A stretch of 39,901 nucleotides of DNA from the IMG/VR virus record IMGVR_UViG_3300031565_000128, one strand, 5' to 3'. The notes below the pieces were generated by a model. The model worked only from the letters and a program-made list of their open reading frames with translations, did not search any database and was not told the DNA's origin. The DNA comes from a virus. Numbering within the stretch: position 1 is the first letter of the stretch; each line of letters starts with the position of its first letter. Below, one piece after another: positions 14,865-21,463 of the stretch. A program made the translations under genes and the position numbers.

Positions 14865-16823
14865 TTATACCGCTATAGCTTCTTTTGCTGCTTCGATTCT
14901 AAGCACCTTGTCGGCTTCACTCACGTATAGCCTGATTTGTTGCCCCTTTGTCTGTAGTAACTGTGTGACAGCCTCAGCGTTATCTATCCATATCGGAGCG
15001 TCAAACTGGAAATGCTCGCTCAAGGTGTTAATAATGTCGAGCCCGATGTTTATTCGCGCCGAGTTATTAAGTGCTGAGCTATACGGCACCCCGAGATATA
15101 TTGTTTCGCAAACTTCCTCTACCCCGCCGTTCACTAACTGGTTGAATAACTTAAACCTGGCCATCTCGAAGCGGCTGTTTATCCTGTCCTCGAGCAGACT
15201 AACCTTTGTTCTAACAAACTGCTCCGTCAGGTATAATTCCCCTTCCAGCTTCTCAAACTCTTTAGCCAGTGTCCTTTCCTCAGACTTCAATTCCTCAATG
15301 CGCTGTAGACCGACTTCGCGCTGCTTGATTTGAGCTATCGCTGATTCGCACTCCGCTATCTTTGTGTCAATGGCAGAGAGAATCAACCCCAAGGCTTCAA
15401 CTGCCCCGCTATTAGTAGCCTTGAGCTTTTCGATATCAGTTTCTATGGTTTGCTTCAATGCTTGTTTCTTGGTATAGGTATCATCGTGTGCCTGGAAGGG
15501 CGCACCTGCTTCTATCGCTGAAACCTTGTCTTGGGCATCGGTAATCTGCTTCGCTATTACGTCTAATTGAGGTTGAGCATCGGCAATCTCTTGTTCAAGC
15601 TCAAATACTTCATGCACAAGCCTTTCGACTTCAGCGCCGGTGGACTTCCCATTCGCGGTAATTTTTCCAAGGCGCTCTGCCTTATCGCTATTGAATAGAG
15701 CTAGTGCCTTCTCTCTGGCTGCTTCTAGGTATTCCGGCGGTAGTGACTGCCCACAAGCAGGACAGTTTTCGCTTTGTTCAAAGGTAAAGTTTTCAGCATT
15801 GACCATCTTCCAATCTTGGCGAAGTGTACCTATCAGCTCTTCGAGCCTCTTAACGGTATTTTGCTTTTCCGCAACCTCTGACTGCATATTCTGTATGGCT
15901 CTTCTTAGGCCATCGGCTTCGTCCTCTACCTTCATTAACTCTACCTTCGCTGATTGAGCCTCCGTGTTCAGCAATGACCTGTGTGCGTTCTCTAGCTGAA
16001 GTATCTCAGCCTCAATCATCCTTAGCTCTTTTATTTTCTCTGCAACCCCGCCGCCAGCCTCGAGGTTCGCAAGTTCCCGGGCTTTCGTATTGCGTTTTCC
16101 TTTCAAATCCTCAAGCTCTATTTCCGGAGCATCAATGGCATCAGGCAACCCGCGCTGGACCTCACTAATGCGCACAGGGATCATCTCGATATCTTTATTG
16201 ATTGTTGTGCGCCTGGCTGCTATGACCTTGCGATGATCTTCGAGCTTGCGGCCATTTAGAATCTCAGGTAGTTTTGCCAGCTTGGAATCACTGGCTATTA
16301 CCTCAGCATCGCTCAGGTCGCCGCATACTTCTAAGAGTATCTTCCTGCGGTCTTGCCAGTGTAGAACCTCGTTGAAATGTCGGGGATTGGTGAGTAGCTT
16401 AAAAGCATCTTCGTCTACGATACTGGCGATAGTGGCTTCATACTCATTCTTCTTAGTAGGCACACCGTCCAGGAAATAGTTTGTGGTATGTCCTGTAAAT
16501 TCTCGCTCTAGGGACCCTCGCTTCTTGGTCCAGTTCTCGGAGTAGACTTTCTTGAGGCTAAGTTGTCTCCCGCCAATTTCCAGCACACCCTCAACCTCAT
16601 GCTCTAAGCCGTGTATCGGCTCCCCATCTGGTCCAAGTGTTTTGATTTCAAAGTCCTTCCGGTTGGCCGAGTCTTTGTCAAACAAGAGCCAGGAGAAGGC
16701 ATCGAAAAGAGTTGTCTTAAAAGTTCCGTTATCACCAAATATGCTCATATCATTCCCGTCTAGTTCCAGCGTGAATGAATGGCACCCCTTGAAATTAGTG
16801 AGTTGCAATCGCTGCAATTTCAT
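14865..16823 (-). CDS. Rad50/SbcC-like SMC-family ATPase with CxxC hook
   Basis: N-terminal LQLTNFKG...IFGDNGTFKTTLFDAFSWLLF (P-loop). A long central coiled coil contains CPACGQSLP, which is zinc-hook-like. The C-terminal signature region is PIWIDNAEAV. Preferred start is ATG 16823 with SD AAAGGAGGTAAGC. Confidence 0.8.
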   Translation of the reverse strand: MKLQRLQLTNFKGCHSFTLELDGNDMSIFGDNGTFKTTLFDAFSWLLFDKDSANRKDFEIKTLGPDGEPIHGLEHEVEGVLEIGGRQLSLKKVYSENWTKKRGSLEREFTGHTTNYFLDGVPTKKNEYEATIASIVDEDAFKLLTNPRHFNEVLHWQDRRKILLEVCGDLSDAEVIASDSKLAKLPEILNGRKLEDHRKVIAARRTTINKDIEMIPVRISEVQRGLPDAIDAPEIELEDLKGKRNTKARELANLEAGGGVAEKIKELRMIEAEILQLENAHRSLLNTEAQSAKVELMKVEDEADGLRRAIQNMQSEVAEKQNTVKRLEELIGTLRQDWKMVNAENFTFEQSENCPACGQSLPPEYLEAAREKALALFNSDKAERLGKITANGKSTGAEVERLVHEVFELEQEIADAQPQLDVIAKQITDAQDKVSAIEAGAPFQAHDDTYTKKQALKQTIETDIEKLKATNSGAVEALGLILSAIDTKIAECESAIAQIKQREVGLQRIEELKSEERTLAKEFEKLEGELYLTEQFVRTKVSLLEDRINSRFEMARFKLFNQLVNGGVEEVCETIYLGVPYSSALNNSARINIGLDIINTLSEHFQFDAPIWIDNAEAVTQLLQTKGQQIRLYVSEADKVLRIEAAKEAIAV

Positions 16824-17298
16824 GCTTACCTCCTTTAATGGGATAAGTGAAAGCTTTTTCAATATCCCAATGGCTGAGTCTATAGCGGAGCAAACTTGAT
16901 TCAATCCCTAATATTTCGCTCCACTCAGCTAACGTCTTCATTTCTCCGCGAAAGGTGATCGGATGATTATTGCTCTTATTTCTGGATTGGGTCGATGTAG
17001 ACACCCATCGGCAGTTCCCCGGCTCATAATTGCCGTCGTTGTCTTTGCGGTCAATGCTGAGATTGTCTTTGTATCCGTTCATCACTGCCCACCAGTGGAA
17101 ATATTGAAACCTCAACCACTCTACACAGATTGTGATCCCTCTCCCTCCGTATCTCTTATAATCATCGGTGTTGGGGTCAAAACATCTTTGCTTCATCCTG
17201 ACCCAGATGTTATAGAGACGAGCCTTGTTGCCCCTTTTGGCAAAACCGTGCTTCGTATTGCGCCTCAATAATGCTTGCATCTGCTTGCCAGTCTTCAT
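16795..17298 (-). CDS. HNH-like (DRxDNxGxYxPxNCRW variant) endonuclease/DNA-binding protein
   Basis: YNIWVRMKQRC...YGGRGITICVEW...LSIDRKDNDGNYEPGNCRWVSTSTQSRN plus a C-terminal helix-turn-helix-like LAEWSEILGI. Preferred start is ATG 17298 with SD GAAGGAGGT. Confidence 0.6.
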   Translation of the reverse strand: MKTGKQMQALLRRNTKHGFAKRGNKARLYNIWVRMKQRCFDPNTDDYKRYGGRGITICVEWLRFQYFHWWAVMNGYKDNLSIDRKDNDGNYEPGNCRWVSTSTQSRNKSNNHPITFRGEMKTLAEWSEILGIESSLLRYRLSHWDIEKAFTYPIKGGKHEIAAIATH

Positions 17299-17329
17299 GT
17301 CATTTACCTCCTTCTCTTCAGCTTTGGCT

Positions 17330-17497
17330 TCAGTATCTATCATCTCCAGCATAGCGAGCATCTGCTTTGGCATCTTCTTTTGAGTAGTAGTACTTGCACT
17401 CTTCCAGCTCATCTTCCTCACCATGCTCAGGGTGTTTACACTCCTTCCAGTTGACATCCTTTTCTTCATAGAACCAAACGCAACCTTGGCAGTTCAT
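17330..17497 (-). CDS. Small zinc-ribbon-like protein (55 aa, not in ORF track)
   Basis: Translation is MNCQGCVWFYEEKDVNWKECKHPEHGEEDELEECKYYYSKEDAKADARYAGDDRY. The start forms an ATGA overlap with the upstream stop. This explains the region better than the N-terminal extension of the 16795 ORF. Confidence 0.4.
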   Translation of the reverse strand: MNCQGCVWFYEEKDVNWKECKHPEHGEEDELEECKYYYSKEDAKADARYAGDDRY

Positions 17498-17694
17498 TGT
17501 TTCCCCCTTGCAATTTTTTCAAAGTCTTCCTTTGTCCAGTAACCGCCTATTTTGTTATAGCTTTCCAGGGTCTTTAGTATCTCAGGTGTCCAAGCTCTAA
17601 AAGTCCTTAATAGTGATACAATTCGCTCCTCTAAAGCTATCCGCATCCTAGAAAGGTCACAATCGGTTAGCATTTCCCTTAATTCTGTTGCCAT
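17494..17694 (-). CDS. Hypothetical protein (66 aa)
   Basis: ORF in the tightly packed early operon. Confidence 0.5.
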   Translation of the reverse strand: MATELREMLTDCDLSRMRIALEERIVSLLRTFRAWTPEILKTLESYNKIGGYWTKEDFEKIARGKQ

Positions 17695-17695
17695 C

Positions 17696-17968
17696 TCAAT
17701 TCAACTCCGCGCCGGTTACTACCATTTCCCATGCAAAAGTTTTGCTCAGAAGGTCAAATGCTTTGCACTCTGTACCGATAAGACATCTTCTATCCAGACA
17801 ATCCCGACAGATTTCCCCTCTTGTCTTTTCCTGGGCCAGAGGCATCACTCTCTCCAATGCCTTCTGCTCTATTAGCTCAGTGGTTAATAGAGTCTTTTCG
17901 TTAGGGGTGCGCACCCCTATTGGTTCCTTGCCTTTCCTTTTTAAGCGGTGTAAAATAGATTTAATCAA
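17696..17968 (-). CDS. Hypothetical Cys-containing protein (90 aa, TTG start)
   Basis: The TTG start has SD GGGAGG 5 nt upstream and forms a TTGA overlap with the upstream stop. Contains CRDCLDRRC...C. Confidence 0.45.
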   Translation of the reverse strand: MIKSILHRLKRKGKEPIGVRTPNEKTLLTTELIEQKALERVMPLAQEKTRGEICRDCLDRRCLIGTECKAFDLLSKTFAWEMVVTGAELN

Positions 17969-18213
17969 CTTATCCTCCCGGCAGAGAGGGAATAGTCTCC
18001 CCCTCTGCCATTTCGTTTATTACCCCTCCCTCCCATTCTTCCCGCTTTTACAAAATGCTCTCTCCCATATTTATTTAATGTGGCTTCACCCCCTTTCTGC
18101 CCGGTCTTTTCAAAGAACGAGCTCCTTATTGGATTCCCACAACAAGGGCAAAGAGAAATGTGGTTATCCCTCGTTGCTAATCCGCCCTTTTGTCCTGATT
18201 CTTTAGGATTCAT
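17965..18213 (-). CDS. KGG-repeat (stress-protein-like) small protein
   Basis: Repeats SGQKGGLAT, TGQKGGEAT and AGRMGGRG resemble the KGG stress-induced repeat. CPCCG is inserted between the first two repeats. Confidence 0.4.
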   Translation of the reverse strand: MNPKESGQKGGLATRDNHISLCPCCGNPIRSSFFEKTGQKGGEATLNKYGREHFVKAGRMGGRGNKRNGRGGDYSLSAGRIS

Positions 18214-18394
18214 TTTTTTGCTCTTTGTGCTTTGCTTCTATGTCGCAGAAGGGGCAATCACGGAGTTCATATTTACCATGACCAAAATAGTCGCCATGTA
18301 TAGGACATTGACCCCCTCCCATTGCATCGAGAAGTAAAGCAGTGCGATATCGTTTAGTGAATTTCGGTTCTCTCCGCCAATCACCTTTACTCAT
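18203..18394 (-). CDS. Small Cys/His-rich hypothetical protein (63 aa)
   Basis: Contains CPIHGDYFGHGKYELRDCPFCD. Confidence 0.45.
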   Translation of the reverse strand: MSKGDWRREPKFTKRYRTALLLDAMGGGQCPIHGDYFGHGKYELRDCPFCDIEAKHKEQKNES

Positions 18395-18404
18395 TTTCTC
18401 TGCC

Positions 18405-18530
18405 TTAATTCCTTCTTAGCCAGCCCACTATCTCCCACTCATCCAAATCTCTCTCGAGCATGACATAGTCAACACCCTCAGTCCCCTTTAACATCACCAG
18501 GGCAATCAAAATTGTGTCAACTATTGTCAT
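18405..18530 (-). CDS. Small hypothetical protein (41 aa, not in ORF track)
   Basis: The start forms an ATGA overlap with the Cro-like stop. Translation is MTIVDTILIALVMLKGTEGVDYVMLERDLDEWEIVGWLRRN. Confidence 0.3.
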   Translation of the reverse strand: MTIVDTILIALVMLKGTEGVDYVMLERDLDEWEIVGWLRRN

Positions 18531-18844
18531 TTCCTTAGCCTCCCCAGTAATCCCACTAATAACCTTTTTAATCCCCATCCTTGAGGCTCTGAGGGCTGAG
18601 TGAGGGGATTTTTCACATTGTTGGACAATACATTATCATTGTTGGACAAAAAATATATGACGTCTTGCTGAAGTTCAGGGAAGGCAATCGAAATGCCCTT
18701 CAGGATTTTATTGCCCGGTGGAATCTTACCAGTCCTGGTCATTTGATATAACTGACGAGAGCAGCCTAAACGCCTAGCCATTTCTTTATCTGCCAAACCT
18801 TCATTAGCTTGTATATATTGGAGCTTGCTTATCAATTCACTCAT
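18527..18844 (-). CDS. Cro-like XRE-family HTH regulator
   Basis: HTH segment GLADKEMARRLGCSRQLYQMTRTGK. It is divergent from the repressor gene. No SD, and the ATG lies about 10 nt after the -10 box, so the transcript looks leaderless. Confidence 0.7.
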   Translation of the reverse strand: MSELISKLQYIQANEGLADKEMARRLGCSRQLYQMTRTGKIPPGNKILKGISIAFPELQQDVIYFLSNNDNVLSNNVKNPLTQPSEPQGWGLKRLLVGLLGRLRK

Positions 18845-18853
18845 TACGCTAAT

Positions 18854-18882
18854 ATTTTCTCATAGGCTAAAAAACTTGTCAA
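18854..18882 (-). promoter_or_regulatory. Early leftward promoter (CACTTGACA -35, TGA-GAAAAT extended -10)
   Basis: Minus strand has TTGACA at 18882..18877, a 17-nt spacer, and TGAGAAAAT with its hexamer at 18859..18854. Confidence 0.6.
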
Positions 18883-18982
18883 GTGGCAAAATCATAGCTA
18901 AATTAGATACAAAAGTCATCAAATAGCTATGGGAGGAAATTATCTAATAATGTGATAGAACTATCTTCTAGAACTTAATATC
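18883..18982. promoter_or_regulatory. Operator-like palindromes between the divergent promoters
   Basis: ATAGCTA (18894-18900) pairs with TAGCTAT (18924-18930) as an inverted repeat. GATAGAACTATC lies at 18954-18965 and TTCTAGAA at 18966-18973. Confidence 0.4.
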
Positions 18983-19010
18983 TTGACAATTTAATCAATG
19001 GTGCTAAAAT
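18983..19010 (+). promoter_or_regulatory. Repressor promoter (TTGACA-16-TGcTAAAAT), leaderless
   Basis: TTGACA at 18983-18988 and TGCTAAAAT at 19002-19010. The ATG at 19018 is only 7 nt after the -10 box, and there is no SD. Confidence 0.6.
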
Positions 19011-19017
19011 ATTTGCA

Positions 19018-19662
19018 ATGGGTATGACATTAGCACAAAAGTTGAAGGAATTGAGGATGCAGCGGGGTTGGACGCAGCTCGAGGTTGCTCAACGCTCAGT
19101 TCTAGACAGGAGTTATATTTCTTATCTTGAACAACCTGGGAAGTCTGGACGCCCCTCAGCTGAAGCCTTACTGAAACTAGCCAAAGCCTTCAACATCAAG
19201 CCAGAGGAGTTATACCAAGCAGCAGGGTATATAAAGGAAACCAAAGGAATTTCGCCTCGCCCCGAGACCCCGGAAGAAATCCTTGACCGATTGAAGCTCG
19301 CAACCCCTCAGAGCATACCTGTCTACACAGATTTTCCCTTCCATGCCGGGGAACCGGTAGAGCCAGTTGATTATGTATATCGTGCCAGACCAAAGATTGC
19401 CAGTAAGAACATCGAAGGCTATGTAGTTCATGGCAAATGCCTTGAGCCAGACATCAACAGCGGAGACATCATCATCGTTGACCGCCAGGGTGAGATAAAC
19501 AACGGAGACATAATTGCTTGCTTACTGGACAATGAGCTGCATTTAGCCCGCCTCAGAAAGATAGCCGATGAACTCTGGCTTGAGACTAATAACGGCAGGC
19601 GAAAATTCGAGGAGTGCCAGGTGGCAGCTCCGGTTATTGAATGCATAAGAAGGTTGAAATGA
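19018..19662 (+). CDS. cI/LexA-like repressor (XRE HTH plus S24-like domain with altered catalytic dyad)
   Basis: N-terminal HTH (WTQLEVAQRSVLDRSYISYLE). HAGEP is an Ala-Gly cleavage-site-like motif. The S24-like core is VHGKCLEPDINSGDIIIVD...ELHLARLRK. Confidence 0.75.
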   Translation: MGMTLAQKLKELRMQRGWTQLEVAQRSVLDRSYISYLEQPGKSGRPSAEALLKLAKAFNIKPEELYQAAGYIKETKGISPRPETPEEILDRLKLATPQSIPVYTDFPFHAGEPVEPVDYVYRARPKIASKNIEGYVVHGKCLEPDINSGDIIIVDRQGEINNGDIIACLLDNELHLARLRKIADELWLETNNGRRKFEECQVAAPVIECIRRLK

Positions 19663-19970
19663 AAGACGAGGATCCAGTAGGCAACATCGCCCGAAGGATG
19701 ATAAGTCGTTCCTTATGGGGATTGATTCTAGTTGGCTTAATAATCGTTGTAGTATGGACTTTGCTTAACCATTTCCTTCCTATGGGTTGGTGGATTACCC
19801 TTATCAATGTTTTAGGATTTTTATCTACATCATTGGTTATAGGTGTCGGCACTTGGCAAACATTGAAGCTAGTTATTTCGTCGGGTTATGCTTTTCTGAT
19901 TTCTTCACTGATATGGATTGCAATGGTCATTGGATTACGAACTTTGATGTTTAACTTATTGGGAGGCTAG
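19658..19970 (+). CDS. 3-TM membrane protein co-transcribed with the repressor
   Basis: ATG 19658 forms an ATGA overlap with the repressor stop. There are three hydrophobic helices (SLWGLILVGLIIVVVWTLL, WWITLINVLGFLSTSLVIGVG, YAFLISSLIWIAMVIGL). Confidence 0.55.
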
Positions 19971-20102
19971 TCTGAGACCTGATATTATCTTTTGCTTAAT
20001 TATGCTTATCCTAGTAGCGATTTACGCTTATAAGCATGATGACCCAGATGATTGGAGGGGACATTAAGTAGAACATCCTTGCTAGTTTTTACGAGCAAGG
20101 AC

Positions 20103-20146
20103 TGGCAGTCAGAAGGTAGTGGGTTCGAATCCCATCAGCTCCACCA
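20103..20146 (+). other. attP core candidate: 3'-terminal fragment of a tmRNA (ssrA)/tRNA-like gene
   Basis: GTGGG-TTCGAAT-CCCAT is a T-arm, CAGCTCC is the acceptor 3' strand, then ACCA, ending at 20146. CAGCTCCACCA matches the typical tmRNA 3' end. No matching 5' acceptor strand (GGAGCTG/GGGGCTG) occurs upstream, so this is a fragment and not a gene. Confidence 0.65.
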
Positions 20147-21111
20147 TGAAGCTAAATTGGGCAAAGAATCGGGGAAATGGGCTTGGCTTACCATCTGATT
20201 TTTTGCGGTTGTTATCTAGAGAGATGCTTTTAGACCATCTGATTTCCAAATCCGTATCTGAAGCGCTGGATGAATTTCTCATAGACCTCAAAATCGAGGA
20301 GAGAAGCCCTAAGACGATTTTATTCTACCGGGACCGCCTGAAGTGGTTTGTGAACTTTATTAAGCCCTATACATTATTAAAAGACATCGAAACTGGCGAC
20401 ATCAAACAGTATTTCAGCGCTCAGAACAGCCAACATATCTACGCCTACCATGCCAAGTATCGAGCATTGAGGGCCTTCCTGAATTGGTGTGTCAAACAGA
20501 ATTATATCCTGGAAAGCCCACTAACTTTCAGTCCCCCAAAACTGCCAGACATTATTAAGCCAGCTTTTACCGATGATGAACTGAAGGCGATAATCAAAGC
20601 CTGCACAGGCTCATTGGGACTGAGGAATAAGGCAATGGTGTTAGTTTTGATTGACACCGGGATTCGCCGGGAGGAATTAGCGGGAATTAAGGTAGCAGAC
20701 ATTAACCTGGAGGCCCGACTTATATCTGTAATGGGCAAGGGCAGGAAGCAACGGCTGATACCCATATCTCCCACAACGCTGAAAGCTATCTGGCAATATC
20801 TCAAGGCGAGAAGAAATCCCAGTGAATCCTTATGGCTTACTGAAGAGGGCAGATCCCTTACTGGGGACGGCATAGGACAGACTATTCAGAACTTAATGAG
20901 CCGTGTCGGAGTAAAGCACAAAGGAGCTCATACATTCCGCCATACCTTCGCTAATAATTTCCTTGACCATGGCGGCGATCCCCTTGACCTTCAATATCTT
21001 TTGGGACACACTTCACTCAAGATGGTGGAGAATTATTCCCGGGCTCATAAACAGCGCCGGGCATTGAAAGCTCTGGAAAAACAAAGACCGGTTGACAGGT
21101 TGATGAAATAA
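20146..21111 (+). CDS. int: Tyrosine recombinase / phage integrase
   Basis: C-terminal catalytic motifs GIRREEL, AHTFRHTFA and LLGHTSLKMVENY. The start is ambiguous: ATG 20146 shares its A with the terminal A of the CCA, and the alternative is GTG 20119. Confidence 0.9.
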   Translation: MKLNWAKNRGNGLGLPSDFLRLLSREMLLDHLISKSVSEALDEFLIDLKIEERSPKTILFYRDRLKWFVNFIKPYTLLKDIETGDIKQYFSAQNSQHIYAYHAKYRALRAFLNWCVKQNYILESPLTFSPPKLPDIIKPAFTDDELKAIIKACTGSLGLRNKAMVLVLIDTGIRREELAGIKVADINLEARLISVMGKGRKQRLIPISPTTLKAIWQYLKARRNPSESLWLTEEGRSLTGDGIGQTIQNLMSRVGVKHKGAHTFRHTFANNFLDHGGDPLDLQYLLGHTSLKMVENYSRAHKQRRALKALEKQRPVDRLMK

Positions 21112-21118
21112 AAAAAGA

Positions 21119-21138
21119 CTCCGAGCCGAAGCTCGGAA
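21119..21138. terminator. Bidirectional terminator hairpin between convergent int and the late operon
   Basis: TCCGAGC-CGAA-GCTCGGA. It is flanked by an A7 run upstream, which reads as U7 on the minus transcript, and by a T-rich tail downstream. Confidence 0.65.
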
Positions 21139-21187
21139 TGTTGTCTTAATTGCCCTGTGATGCCCTTCTTTTGAGGCGGAAAGCCCC

Positions 21188-21463
21188 TTAAACGTTGTCT
21201 GCCACTAATCCCTTATCCCGACCATACATCGCCAGCCAGTTTTCACAATAAGCCATCAGGTTGAGATTTTTAATCATCTCCTGTAAGACAAAATCAGTAG
21301 ATGGAGAAGAGATGCCATCTTTCTGCATCCTCGCAAAGAGATTCCAAAATCCCCGAAGAACAAAACAAATGGTGGAGTAGGGGATTCCGTCTTTGTGCAT
21401 CCGACTTACGAGCTGGCGAAGTTCGTCATCGTATTTCTCAATCAGTTCTGGGTTATCAGGCAT
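21188..21463 (-). CDS. Hypothetical protein with an internal duplicated segment (91 aa)
   Basis: RMHKDGIPYSTICFVLRG and RMQKDGISSPSTDFVLQE are tandem copies. This is the last gene of the late unit, next to int/attP. Confidence 0.5.
   Translation of the reverse strand: MPDNPELIEKYDDELRQLVSRMHKDGIPYSTICFVLRGFWNLFARMQKDGISSPSTDFVLQEMIKNLNLMAYCENWLAMYGRDKGLVADNV

Noticed and set aside
14719-15333. 204-aa plus-strand ORF, and similar plus-strand ORFs such as 17688..18206, 37654..38241, 38159..38599, 8601..9014 and 10776..11153.
   Set aside because: All lie antisense to minus-strand genes that carry clear family motifs. They have Ser/Leu/Cys-rich low-complexity composition, no SD, and often non-ATG starts. 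They are shadow ORFs.
16824-16904. N-terminal extensions of the track ORFs 14865..16904 (TTG start), 16795..17469, 9483..10364 (GTG start), 7929..8279 and 2254..2538.
   Set aside because: In each case an internal ATG with a strong AGGAGG-type SD fits the domain start. The extension either overlaps a better-supported upstream gene or lacks an SD.
18931-18945. GGGAGG followed by ATG-TGA in the switch region as a plus-strand mini-gene.
   Set aside because: The reading frame is one codon long. The purine-rich run is more likely part of the operator or spacer sequence.
20041-20146. A complete tRNA or tmRNA gene upstream of the integrase.
   Set aside because: Only the T-arm, 3' acceptor strand and CCA are present. 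No complementary 5' acceptor strand (GGAGCTG or GGGGCTG) or D-arm occurs in the preceding ~100 nt I scanned by eye (20041..20118). It is an att-core fragment.
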